Of a stretch of 64,000 nucleotides of DNA, positions 40,976-53,020 are shown one piece after another. The notes beneath the pieces are model-generated. The model did no database searches and had not been told where the DNA came from. It saw only the letters and a list, made by a program, of their open reading frames with translations. The DNA comes from Psilocybe cubensis (lineage: Eukaryota): contig CM039004.1 in assembly GCA_017499595.2 (NCBI GenBank), forward strand, positions 558,001-622,000, given 5' to 3'. Each line of letters starts with the position of its first letter. Position 1 is the stretch's first letter. Made by a program: the position numbers and the translations under genes.

Positions 40976-42302
40976 TGCGTGTGGTCGGTCACATCCTCTG
41001 CCCGCGCATCCAAATCACCCTGCACCCCTCTCGTCAACTCAACATCACCATTAGCACTCTTGATCTCGCGTACCCGTTGCCTCACCCCCTCGCGCCTCTC
41101 CGCCCCCAACGTCTCACGCTCATTCCGCGCTTCAACGAGTGCAGACACGGCTTCCCGGTGCCCTTTATCGAGGTCAATTACAAAGGGGAGCGGGAATGAA
41201 TTTGTGTTGGATGATGGGGGTTTTGTGGTAGCATTAGTTGTAGCCGTAGTCGCCCGATCTTGCACAGACGACAGAGGTGGTGTTGGAGACGCAGAGAAAG
41301 TCGTCGGCATAAACGTCGACGCGATCGTAACCGGCATATTCGGGAAAAGCCCCGCCAAAACGCTCTGCGGAAGGAAAGGGAGGAGGTGAGTGATATCGAT
41401 AAACGCGCAGACAGTGGAATGATACTAGCCATCATCCCAAGCCCAAAGATGAGCCTCTCGCGCCAGCCGTCTTCGTGCCACATCGTCCGCTCGTTCGGGT
41501 CAGATCTCCATCCTCTCCCACCTCCCTTCCCATCCCCATCTTCTTCTGCGTCGTCGTACCCCCGCGAATGAGAAGCGTAATACGCTCTTCGCCTCCTCGC
41601 CATCTCGTGTACGTATGGGTCGAACCCTCTGGTACCCCCCGCTGGAGTGGGACGCGCGTTTGGATGCGGAGATAGCGTGCGCCCGCGTAGAAAGTCGTAT
41701 GCGGCTTGGATATTCCTGAACCGTGTATGTGCGATGTCGGATGCGATCCGTGAGGCGTGGTGTGAGTCTGGGTGGTGGGCTTTGACGAGTTCGTAGTCTG
41801 ATGTCACACAATACAGACGCGCGTCAGGGGTATTGAAGGTAGGATATAGATGGTGTAGGTCAAGTCAGCTCACGTCTCACGCGTAACCTGACGTCGTCGA
41901 AAGAAAGAGAAATGTAAGGTGTGACTTACACCGCGCCTTGATCTCAGCTTGCGTCGCGCTGACAGGAAGATGGAATATCTGGTACGGCGTCGGTTTTGCG
42001 TGCCGCGGATACGGGTACGGGTTCTTGGGAGGTGCAGACGACGACGCCGAAGAAGACGATGAAGACGCGCCGTGTTCATCGCCCGTCACCGTAGCGTACG
42101 TGCGCGACGACAGGCAACCGGTTGTATTCGTCTTGGTCTTTGCATCGCCGTTGGTGCGGGTGCTCCGTAGGGAAGCGGGACGGGAACAGCATTGCGACGT
42201 CGATAACCACGACGATGACGAGGAAGATAGCCACGACGACGACGTCGACAAAGATTGGAGATGGCAAATCTGTACTGACAACCTCCGAGTGCTCGAGTGC
42301 AT
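40900..42302 (-). CDS. J-domain (DnaJ) protein, mitochondrial Jid1-like
   Basis: Presequence-like N-terminus; PYPRHAKPTPYQIFHL...EIKARYYELVKAHHPD...RFRNIQAAYDFL; TM segment, then HREAVSALVEARNE; 2 introns. Confidence 0.85.
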
Positions 42303-42489
42303 AGTACGCAGAGAGCAAATGAATGAAACAAAACTAGCGTAAGGTGTCTAGGAAGGAACCCCGGGAACAGATCGCGCCGGAACCCGGCACCACAAAACTC
42401 CCTCGACTATTTTTAATTTTTCCATGTACGGCGGGCAGCACATTTAGGCGCCCGCGGCCCTCATTTCTCAAAATCAAATCCACGTCGTC

Positions 42490-42563
42490 GGCCGACTAGC
42501 TCAGTTGGTTAGAGCGTCGTGCTAATAACGCGAAGGTCTTGGGTTCGATCCCCACGTTGGCCA
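42490..42563 (+). tRNA. tRNA-Ile(AAT), intronless
   Basis: GGCCGAC/GTTGGCC acceptor stem, TCGTG-CTAATAA-CGCGA anticodon arm, TTCGATC T-loop. Confidence 0.97.
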
Positions 42564-43363
42564 TTAGAAATCTTTTTGGACGGTATCAACTCCTTTTCTT
42601 ATTGACGAATAGAATACTAGTACCCCAGAGCACCCATTAGAATGTCGTGATAATAACACACAAAGTTCTTGGGATTCTCACACGTTCAATCTTGGATGAT
42701 ATTTTGTGCTTTTACCCTTCAGAAGATGTGGTTTAATGGTTTTGTAATGATTTGAGGGAAACATGTTGACATAAAAAATGGGGGTTTGTGTGTCAAAAAA
42801 TATTTTTGAGGTCCAAAGTTCTCGACTAAGAAACAGGTATGCTGCATTGTAGATCTGAATGGACTTAGACCGGTGAAAACAGGGAACACGAGTCAAGTTA
42901 ACTATAAGGGACGTGTAACGAGAAAAGTAATGGTGAAGAGAAAAGGGTGTGAGTGAAAGGTATAATAAAGTAGAGAGAGGGATGATGGGCGAGATTGAAG
43001 AACGACAACAAGTATTACCGCAAGTATATGAGAAACACAGTGAAGATGACGGATGTCCGAGTCCTCACTTTCAGAGCTCTATTCAAGTGTTCTATAATAC
43101 GATGCCACCGTTGTCTATGATAATCTACAAGATGTTAGCGTTCAATAGGTTAATTGATAATGAGGGCCCTTGTAGGCCACCAGAAATGACGAGGTTTATG
43201 AGCGCCTGCAGGCCAAATGATAGATAAGAGGAGACCACTGACTTTGACAATAACCCCGAGTAACTCATCGCCTTTCTCGATCCCGTTTTTGTCCTTTTTC
43301 GGTTTGAAGCAATGTTAAGCGCTGGCGCGGCTGGAGATGTATTGCCAAGGTGACTACATCACA

Positions 43364-43437
43364 GGCCGACTAGCTCAGCTGGTTAGAGCGTCGTGCTAAT
43401 AACGCGAAGGTCTTGGGTTCGATCCCCACGTTGGCCA
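43364..43437 (+). tRNA. tRNA-Ile(AAT)
   Basis: One D-loop T>C difference from the 42490 copy. Confidence 0.97.
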
Positions 43438-44129
43438 TAGAAATGTCTTTTTGGTTTTATGATTTCTACTTCGTGAATCAGCCAGATGAGGTTTTCAGTG
43501 TTTTGCGTTTGGTCTTGCCAACAGAGTAAGAATTCTAACTTATGCGTGGTTTATATTTTGCCCAAATGACCAACAAATGAGTGGCTTGATGAACCTTGGG
43601 CACTTATACATAGTCTCCCTCTCTAACATATCTGTTGTAATTTATTTTACCCTATACGCTTTCCTTCCATGTAATCTGATTGCTACCAGCGGCCCAGAAC
43701 AGCGTTCAACCAAAAATAGCACGCAAATGCTGCGTTAGCAACGCAACAGATCTTGCTTGATCTATAAATAGATTTATTTGAGTATGAGGTTTCCGTCTGT
43801 CGTGCCAACCTGACAAGTGTGATATGGAGTTAAACAGAATACATTGCGGTGTCTGTTATTAGTTAGCTGTGGTAATCACGTAGTCTGGATGGTTAGTGAA
43901 AACCCCATCCAGTTATTTGATTGGAGAATGAAAGATGATGAGTGATTCAGAGCATCACCATCGTCTTTATCATCATTATCATCATTGTGATATTATTCAT
44001 GCACCTGTGATGAACGGTTGAGTGGATATTACCATCGTTTCATAGCGCCTACAGTAATTTTACAAGATGGTAAGTACATAGTAGTCCATTTCAGTTCGAT
44101 TCAATATAATTTAACCGAGTTCAACCAAT

Positions 44130-44744
44130 CTAATTCCCCGCGCCAACAAACTCCCTCGCATTTTTCTCCTCATTCGCCTTTCGAGCCCTCCTCCGGCCCA
44201 ATGCACACATCGCCAAATTCACTCCAAGCGCAACAACCACGCAACCCAGCACAACGGTCTGCACTTTCTCAGCTCTCACATCCCGCGCCTTCAAATCCAC
44301 GTCCTCATCTTCATCCTCTGAATTCAGCGCTCCATTCGTGACTCCGCCAACCATTATCCCAAATGCCGTGGCAGTTACGACGAGGAGAAGGATGAGAACT
44401 GCTATATTAAACTTTTGGAACGGAATCGGCATCGCAAACTCGTTCGCCTCGTCCTTGGTTCCCGGCACCTCCCACTCTTCAGGGTCAATCAGCAAGCGCC
44501 CGCCCCCGGGACTGTTTTTATTTTTATTTTTGACCCGCTTGCGTTGAGCGTTGGTAGCGACGAAGTACACCGTGTGGTGCAGGAGGACGAGGCACGCGAC
44601 GGCCGCTGTGCGCGAGATTGTCGTGGTGCTGAGCATCCGCACGTAGTTGACGATAGATATTATGAGTATTGGGAGGCATAGGATAATTGTGACGATGGTG
44701 GTGATGAGGAGGGATCGTGGGATTGGGTGGTGGTTCGTTAGCAT
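44130..44744 (-). CDS. Uncharacterised 4-TM membrane protein
   Basis: 204-aa intronless ORF with 4 hydrophobic helices; clear paralogue of 50905-51534 (LIDPE, AMP.PFQ..NIA.L, VLGC...ALG.NLA.C.LGRRR...ANEEK.AREF). Confidence 0.8.
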   Translation of the reverse strand: MLTNHHPIPRSLLITTIVTIILCLPILIISIVNYVRMLSTTTISRTAAVACLVLLHHTVYFVATNAQRKRVKNKNKNSPGGGRLLIDPEEWEVPGTKDEANEFAMPIPFQKFNIAVLILLLVVTATAFGIMVGGVTNGALNSEDEDEDVDLKARDVRAEKVQTVVLGCVVVALGVNLAMCALGRRRARKANEEKNAREFVGAGN

Positions 44745-45453
44745 TGGTGTATTGAAAATTTGGTAGGGAGATGAAAAGATATTGAAAGTGAAAGAAGGAA
44801 GGGATGAATAGAAGGCTGAAACTCTAAGCTTGAAGGGCAGAAGCGACAGGTGTGAATTAGAAGGTCAGCTGTGTACGATGCAGAGAGATGGAGGACTCCT
44901 CCCATATAGTAACCTACACAGTTTTTTTATCATCTCGAGCTTTTATAAGAGTAGATTAGATCATGGAGCACAGGATGGAACACGTTCCTAAGACGAAGAG
45001 GTGATGAACTGATGTTGTTCGACCTGTCACACTACGTGCAGAGCCACAGCTTTCCGCTCTCTCCGGAAGGTGGAATTATTTTTTTAAAAAAAACTGCAGG
45101 CTCGTGGGTGCACATTTACCACTACTCAGGCTGCTACGCAGGAACAGCCAGGAACACGCACTGAGAATCAAACAATTCACAATCGAATCGACGAACCTAT
45201 AAGCACCTCAGGCTATGGCACACGCAGAGATATTCTTTCTGAATCCTGATACGTATAACCTCAGAGTAATAGATATACTACTCGTTACTAGTTACTACTG
45301 ATGCGGACAACATGAGATATCTACCGACGAGTAGGCAGTGATTGCCTAATGCCCTGTGGATATAATTGCGTTATTGGACAGCTCACAGTTCTCATTGAAA
45401 CTCGAATGTAAATTGGCGTGGGATGTGCTGGAAGGAAAGGGACCCGATAACTA

Positions 45454-46540
45454 TGGCTGTCCGTTTGCACATTTAATACCAAAGTATAAACTTTTTTCCC
45501 CATACATATAAATCACAATTTTTCTTGAACCCAACTACATACCTTGGTGTCCCGGTTATAGAGAGATAATTTCCGAGCATAGAAGAAATTATCCCGGTCA
45601 TTGTATTTGCATGCCCTTCAGTTTGAATGGGAGCTGCACACATAAGGGTATGCTATCCATACATAAAAAACTCAGTACCATAGTCTGTGACCCTCTCCGC
45701 ATGTACCTCAACTTTTGTCCGAAGATATAGAGTTGTCCAGATGAATATTATTCGTGCCGTCTGTGCCGTAGAGGCGTGGGAACTCGATTTTCGTCCCGCT
45801 TGCAGTGGCTTGCTACTTGTGAAGAAAGTAGGACAGTCATTACAAGATTATAAAATTAATCATGAGCATAAACACTCGTACATTAAAGTCACATAAGACT
45901 GAATATAGACTACTCCAATGCAATTTTCTGTCTGCAACCTCAACTTAGGCCTTTTTAAGCCTTAGCACGGCGAATGGGCTGGTCAAAGCACTCGTCTCAA
46001 ACTATGAAGACAAGCTACTTCTGTAATCAGCCTACACAGGAATATATTTACTGATTAATTGGATAAATGTGCATCTTTTTAATGTTCAATCAGCGTGTGT
46101 CGATAGGCATACAGGCAATGAACTGTAATCTGTGTCCATATTTGCCGAGATTTGCCGATTCTCACGATGTCTAGGCATGCACGGCATAGACAGAATGCCG
46201 AAAAATGACTGTATATCTTCGGGATGAAGAAAGGTAAGAACAATCATACGGGGAATCTTCAGATATAAGTAAGGCAACAAAATATGTATAAAAGGGAGTG
46301 TTTTCTCTATGTAAGGGATTGTAATTTGTATATGTGGGCACCAAAACTATATGTATGGCACTCAAAGTTGTATCTGAGGATGCAACCTATGAATATATGG
46401 ATACTGGATTTATATGTTCGGAAACCATCTCTCTATATCCAGGACATCAGAGTGTGTATATGGAATTGTGTAGAATTGAGACTTCTATGTATGGGACAAA
46501 AAGTTTATTGATTGGTATTAAATGTGCAAACGGACAGCCA
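45454..46540. mobile_element. MITE / foldback non-autonomous DNA transposon with long (~200 bp) degenerate TIRs
   Basis: TGGCTGTCCGTTTGCACATTTAATACCAA is a perfect inverted terminus; similarity continues inward for ~200 bp; flanked by TA on both sides (45452-45453, 46541-46542); no ORF. Confidence 0.85.
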
Positions 46541-47465
46541 TAAGCCATACATCACCATCATCATCATCGCGCTCGGATTGTGTGTCTCCGTAGAGACAAT
46601 GGTCTGTTTGTTGTTGTGAGAAGGCAAGGACCTTGAAAGAAAGACGAGAAGCGCACATATCACATATCTAATCAGCACGGTGACAAACACATCCTTTATC
46701 ATATCGTATCGTACGGCCTTCCATCTTTGCCCCTGTACACGATGGCAGAGCCGGTGACGCACTGACATTGATTCAGACAAAGGGTGGAAATGGAATAGCG
46801 ATATCACCAAGATCAAGATCACATTCTTGGGTGGGGTTCATCTGCGTCACCCAGGCGTCGGTGTCCCTAGGAGTCGGGTGTCCTAGGAGTCGGACTGTGG
46901 ACAAATACCCCTTTGTCCTGAAGCAACATCCGCACCCCGAGGAACGTGGCGAATGTAATTCGGCGCCTATTTCGCTATGGCGATCGCCCTGTGTTTCCTT
47001 GCCTTCCACGTCTCCCATTGGTGGGTTGGGTTGCGCGCCTTTCGAGTCTGGTTGGGGTGCCCTGGGGTGCCCCTAAAAGGGACGAGTGGAATACCGGATG
47101 CGGAGTATGTCTGTACACGTTGTTATGACCACCGATCGCAGCCCGTTGGGTTGTGGTCATGGTCGTGGAATCTGGATAATCATGTCCCGGAGAGGATGCC
47201 GAAAATCGGGGGTAGAAGAAAAAAAAAAGGGATGATAAAGGAGAGGACAAGCGCGGGTTTTTTCCTGTTCTTTTCTTTTTGTTTCGTCTCGTTTCGTCTC
47301 GTTTCTTTCTCGTCGAATCAGGGGGACCCCACGGACTAAAAGCGCACTCACGATCCAAATATAAACTACGGGCTGCACGAGGTTTGGTTCAACTTGAACT
47401 TGAACTTAAATCACGACCGACCAAACCCACCTCTTTCATCCCTACCTCTTTCTTTATTTCTCCTA

Positions 47466-48461
47466 ATGTCTCGCGCGACGAACACGAACGCCTTCACGTC
47501 CTACTCGCCCTTCTTCTCTTCAGGCCTGCTCGCCCAGTCGACGAACCCGCGTCTGCAGCGCCGCGGCACCTTCAACTCGGACATCTCAGAGCCATGGGAC
47601 GACGAGCTGTCCGACTCGTACCGCTCCTCCTCCCCCGGGCCCGCCGACTCGCTCATGGACACCGACCCCGACGCTGACGCTAACACCGCCGCCGACGCCG
47701 CCAACACATCCCTCTCACGGAGGAGTGCCACGCCCACACCCCGGTCCAACGGCGAGTCCCTCTCCATCTCTCCCAACGCCCCCCACTCGCTCGCCTCGCC
47801 TCTCCCCACTCCAACTCAGCAGCAGCCCCGCCTGCGCAGACGCCGCTCCAGCCTAACCCAAGCCGCCACCTCCCCAATGAACGCCATCCGCGGGCCCGCC
47901 CGCGCCGCCGAAAACGCGCTGCACCTCCAAAAGCAGCTGCCCGTGCCCTCGCGCGCGCGCAGCGGGAGCGTCGGGGCCGACACCACCATGAGCTTGTACA
48001 CCGGGCTGGACGGGACGACGACGATCGTCGTCGGGCGGATGCGGAGCGGGAGCTGCTCGAGCGTGCTCTCCCTCCCGACGCCCGTATCCGCCGCGCACCT
48101 CGTCCCGTCCTCTTCCTCATCTGCATCACGGTACACGAATGTTTCTATCACCCGTTCGCGCGCGACTGGCCTGACGACGATATCCCTCCACAGACCGCGC
48201 CGCGCCGTGCGTAGGGGTGCACCCATACCCGTGCCCGCGCTCCTCGCGCCGCCGCCGACCGCGCCGCTCCCTGCGCTCCCGCCTACGCCTGCGGGGCACG
48301 GCCCGGCGAAGCTGCGCCCGGCGAATGTGAATCCGTCGGCTGGTAATACGATGAAATCGCCTGCGGCGCGCACGTCGGCGCGTGCGCGTGGGTTGTCGGT
48401 GTCGAGTAGCGCGCTGGGCGGGGCGGAGAATAGGATTGACGAGGAGATGAAGGAGAATTAG
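47466..48461 (+). CDS. Uncharacterised Ser/Pro/Arg-rich disordered protein
   Basis: GC-rich coding-like ORF MSRATNTNAFTSYSPFFSSGLL...RRRRSSL...RIDEEMKEN*; probable in-frame intron ~48131-48193; TATAAA at ~47360. Confidence 0.75.
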   Translation: MSRATNTNAFTSYSPFFSSGLLAQSTNPRLQRRGTFNSDISEPWDDELSDSYRSSSPGPADSLMDTDPDADANTAADAANTSLSRRSATPTPRSNGESLSISPNAPHSLASPLPTPTQQQPRLRRRRSSLTQAATSPMNAIRGPARAAENALHLQKQLPVPSRARSGSVGADTTMSLYTGLDGTTTIVVGRMRSGSCSSVLSLPTPVSAAHLVPSSSSSASRYTNVSITRSRATGLTTISLHRPRRAVRRGAPIPVPALLAPPPTAPLPALPPTPAGHGPAKLRPANVNPSAGNTMKSPAARTSARARGLSVSSSALGGAENRIDEEMKEN

Positions 48462-49851
48462 CGCTTGAGAGGGTCTCTCTGTCTCCGTGTACATGGTGCG
48501 TTGCGTACTGGTCTATTTTTCGTATTGAATGTAGTTGTTCTAATTTAGGTGTGTTGCGTGTTAGGGAGCTAGCACGACAACGGGACTACGTTTCGAGACT
48601 TTCTTTTTTCTTTTCCTCGCCACACTCCTACCATCCTACCTAACCAAGGCGTTCTGCGCTCTGGCTCTGGTTCCTTTCACACTACACGACACTTCTTTTC
48701 GACACTTTTTTCCATGACGACCACGTTCCCGACCTCCCGAGTTCCCAAGTTCACGTTCATCTCCCTTCAAATCACTCAAGTCTCAAGTTCCAAGTTCATC
48801 TCGGATTGATTCCATCTATCCTTTCTTTTCCATCTCTTCACTTCGATTTGTCCTCCTCATCATCATCATTATATCTTCTAGAACCTGTTATGTACACCAT
48901 CGCTCTCCGGCGCTATTTTATTTATCTTCCATCTTCTATTTTCTATTTTCTTCTATTTTCTATTTTTTGCATCGACGACGCCCTTTCCCTCCCCCCGTTT
49001 CCGTTTCCCTAATGCGGCTGGACCGCACCTCACCGCACCTCACCTTCATCATCATCATCAACACAATCCGGACTCCTCGCGTCGTCCCCACCACCACCAC
49101 AAAAAAAATCGAGACGTTGATATCAGGTTATATCAACCCCCCTCCCTCCCTCCCCCATTTCATTTCTTTTTTTCTTTTTTGAGTTTGTCATTCAATCAAT
49201 TTTCGTATTTATCTTTCATCGTCTTCATCATCATCGTTTTGTCTTGTCTCTTTCCCTCTTCTTCTATTCTATTCTATTCTATTCTACCCAGATTCTCGTG
49301 CATTACGACCCCCTCCGTACTACTCCACGACATTACCTTACACGACCCCTACTATACTACCCCTACACTACCCCCACTACACCACCACTACACTACAAAC
49401 CGTCCGTGACAGGTCCCCCTACCCTACCCCTACCCTAATCTTACCCCTTACCCCCTACCCTAATACCTAATACCTAGATATGCCCCCTCCCCTCCCCCAC
49501 ACCACACTATATGATGCTATGTCACACACCTACTACCTATGCCAATTTCATTACAATCACATGTACACCAAAAAAAATCATATCGCATTACATTGTTGAT
49601 TTGATATTTGATAATATTCAGTCCGAGTCTGAATCAGAATGTGAGCAAGTTTGAATTCTGCTTTAGATTTGGTACAATGGTAGTTGGGATAGACGGTCGT
49701 TTTCGATACTTACTGTGATCGTTCGACAAGCAAAAAAAAGCAAAAAAAAGCAAAATAAAGATAAAAATAAAATAAAAACTGGTTCGACTTGCAACTTTCG
49801 AGTAAGACATCTCAAGAACCCTTGTAAATGTAAAAGAGAAAATTGGAAAGT

Positions 49852-49960
49852 TAAAAAGCACAAAAAGTTAAAAAGCACAAAAAGATAAAAAGCACAAGAA
49901 GATAAAAAGCACAAAAAGATAAAAAGCACAAAAAGATAAAAAGCACAAGAAGAAAGCACA
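49852..49960. repeat. AAAAGCACAAAAAGAT-type tandem minisatellite downstream of the minus-strand tRNA-Ile
   Basis: Repeated AAAGCAC(A)n units. Confidence 0.7.
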
Positions 49961-49991
49961 GAGAGAGAGAGAAAGAAAAGAAAAAGATGTG

Positions 49992-50065
49992 TGGCCAACG
50001 TGGGGATCGAACCCAAGACCTTCGCGTTATTAGCACGACGCTCTAACCAACTGAGCTAGTCGGCC
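49992..50065 (-). tRNA. tRNA-Ile(AAT)
   Basis: Reverse complement identical to the 42490 copy; T-rich terminator. Confidence 0.97.
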
Positions 50066-50904
50066 GACAGTTTTGCTTTTTGTTGTGGTAGGATGATCCC
50101 GCGGATGGGAGGGGCGGGAGTGACACTGGGAGTGATACCGCGGCTTTGATGGGTGAACTTGTCGTTTCAAATTCAAGCTTCAAGGTTTGAAGGACTTTTT
50201 GCAATCTTGAGCTTGAGCTCGAGCTTGAGCTTGCGAGGAAATATAATATACTTTACGGATACGGATACCGAACGGCTAAAGATTCATATTCACACACACG
50301 AACTTGGCAAAAACCCATCCAATTGGTGTAGAAGTTATACTATGTAGTAACGATGATGATGACCTACATTCTGAAAAGTAAAACGAAGAAACAAAAAAGT
50401 GAAAACGATAACTACTACTACTACTAAAAGTACTAGTAGCGAAAGCGAAAGTGAAAGTGAAAGGGGTGCCATTCCATGGCACAGATTCCAGAATCATCCT
50501 GGATGATTCTAGAAACGATATGATATGATATGATATGATATATCCAACGATGCGTTGTCCCGTACGTCAAGAAGTCCATTGGCAGTGAAGTGAATGCACT
50601 ATGCCGGTGGACTTTGTGCTAGCTTGACGCGGTTGGTGGTGGGTAGCTTGCTACCTGTACCGTTGCTCGCGTGCGGGTGTCGCGGTTGACTTGAGGGTAT
50701 GCTAATTGCTATGCGTGGAGTATCCGAAGGGGAGGGAGTGGCGGTGGAACTGAGGTCACGGTTCAACTCATCATCAGCATCATGATGTTGGTGTGCCTGT
50801 GATGAACGGTATTGGATGAGTATTAATACCCATCACACATTCAGTTACCATACGAGATAACCACACTAACCAGTAAACCACAGCACGCGGTGCCCACACA
50901 CCGA

Positions 50905-51534
50905 CTAATTCTCCACCCACCCAAACTCCCTCGCCTCCTTCTCCTCATTCGCCTCAACAACCCTCCTCCTCCCCAACAAACACACCGCCAAATTCAGCCC
51001 CAGAGCAATCATCGCGCAGCCCAACACAGCCGTCTGCCCAATCTCAATCTTGATATTCCACTTATGCGAGCCGACGCGCTCAGCGGGGAGCGTGCTCTTC
51101 ATCGCGCCGCGGCTCGTGATGTCCACCATCACGCTGAACGCCATGGACGTGATGATGGAGAGGAAGGCGAGGGAAGCGATGTTGAGCGGCTGGAACGGCA
51201 GCGGCATCGCGTAGTCCGGCTCGGTGTCGTCTTCCCATGCGGACTTTTCGTCGAGTGTCGGTGAGAGTGATTCTGAGGATTTGGAGTCGGCTTCGGCTTC
51301 GGGGTCGATGAGGAAGTCGGTGGGTTTGCTCGAGGGTCGGTTGGAGTGCGCCCAGGTGATGAAGAGGTAGGATGTGTGGTGGATGAGGATGAGCGCGCCG
51401 ACGGCTGCGTTGAGCCAGATGGAGAGCAAGCCAAAGTTGACGACGGAGAGCGCGAGCATTGGGATGCATATGACCATTGTGAGGAGGGTGATGTAGAGGA
51501 TGTAGGCGGGCACTGGGTATTGGTTCTTCGACAT
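50905..51534 (-). CDS. Uncharacterised 4-TM membrane protein
   Basis: 209-aa intronless ORF, strong codon bias, 4 TM helices. Confidence 0.85.
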   Translation of the reverse strand: MSKNQYPVPAYILYITLLTMVICIPMLALSVVNFGLLSIWLNAAVGALILIHHTSYLFITWAHSNRPSSKPTDFLIDPEAEADSKSSESLSPTLDEKSAWEDDTEPDYAMPLPFQPLNIASLAFLSIITSMAFSVMVDITSRGAMKSTLPAERVGSHKWNIKIEIGQTAVLGCAMIALGLNLAVCLLGRRRVVEANEEKEAREFGWVEN

Positions 51535-52676
51535 CGTTGAATTCGAACCGAGGTGAGCTTATAAGATAAAGAGTGTTGCTGTTTGTGTTGGTGTTTCGGT
51601 TAACGAAAAACGAAAACGAACAAGTAAAGAAAGCAAAGTAGAAAGAAGAAAGAAAGAACGAAAAGTAAGTGGATTTCAAGAGGTCAAACACCAAAAAATC
51701 TACAATGCACAAGATGGAGGGCTCCGCCGCTGTAAAGAAGCTCACATATTCTCTGAACCCATGCTTTATAGGATGACAGGATGACATCCGTGAGAGGGAA
51801 AACTGACGAATTGATGCTGTTTGACCTGTCAATGTACGAAATCACAAATCACATCTTTGCCCCCTGTCCCGAACCCCTGTGGGGTGATATCAATACTCCG
51901 AACTGCAACTGCACACTGCACACTGCACATGCCTAGTGCACATTGCGCACTCAGACCAGAAGAACAGAATATGTGAAGCGTATACGTATACACTTCCCTT
52001 CCAGAAAAACAATCTTTCTGATATTTTGATTGGTTCAACTTGCAGCGACCCAGAACCCATCGTTCAATCCAAAAATAGCACGCAAATGTTGCGTTGCTAT
52101 CTTAGTTGATCTATAAATAGATTCACATAAGTGTGTACGTTTTACGTCGTGCCAAAAGGCTTGACGAGTGTGATATCCAAAAAGAAAGCTGGATTTAGGT
52201 TGGATACCTTGTGTGCTTTGTTTTTTATGGGATGTGGTATCCATGTTGTCTGTATAGTTGGAACCTTGGTGAAACTTCATTGAGATATTGGAGAATGAGA
52301 GATGATTTGGATGCATTGCGAATGACCAACATCCGTGAAAATCAGATGTTCGAGGTTCCCTATTGAACAGTAGCAAAAGCATATAAAAAACCATCGGCAA
52401 TTCGTTATCAGAAATTCAGAATGTACAGTGAGAAATGGTATGTGGTGTGTGGGTGTTGTTACATTATTGACCGGTACTAGTAGAATCACCATCACCATGA
52501 TCATCATCGTGATATTATTCGTGTACCTGTGATGAACGGTACTGGGCACATATTAATATCATCTAATCGCCTACAATAATCCTACAAGATAGTATGTAGA
52601 TAACATACTGTCCAATCAAATTCACATTCGAACTCGAACTCGAACTCAATCCCAGTCCCATGCCCTCCAATGCTAA

Positions 52677-53020
52677 TTAATAATTCACCGCCCCAATTGC
52701 AACAAACTCCCTCGCATCCCTCTCCTCACCCGCCTTCCGCGCCCTCCTACGCGCAAAAGCGCACAACCCCAAATTCACTGCAAGCGCTGAGCGAGCCAAC
52801 CGCACGCCCCAGCACACCGCTCATCACACCCTCAATATCAATACAAACCCTCACATCGCGCGAACTCAAATCCACATTCCCATCCTGATTGTCTAAATCA
52901 AACGATGACGCGCCCGTCTTCGTCCTCGCCGACGCTCTGCTCGTGATCTCTACCATCATCCCAAACGTCATGGTGGTGACGCTGAAGAGAAAGACGAGCG
53001 CTGCAATGTCGCAACTTTGA
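52677..53020 (-). pseudogene. 5'-truncated, frameshifted copy of the 4-TM gene
   Basis: DIAALVFLFSVTTMTFGMMVEITSR...; a frameshift precedes ...RRRARKAGEERDAREFV; N-terminal half absent; 3' flank duplicated with 43690-44130. Confidence 0.75.

Noticed and set aside
49417-49465. CCCTA(A)-like repeats, also GGTTAGGGG at ~22848
   Set aside because: Short, irregular and embedded in low-complexity UTR or intron sequence; not a telomere array.
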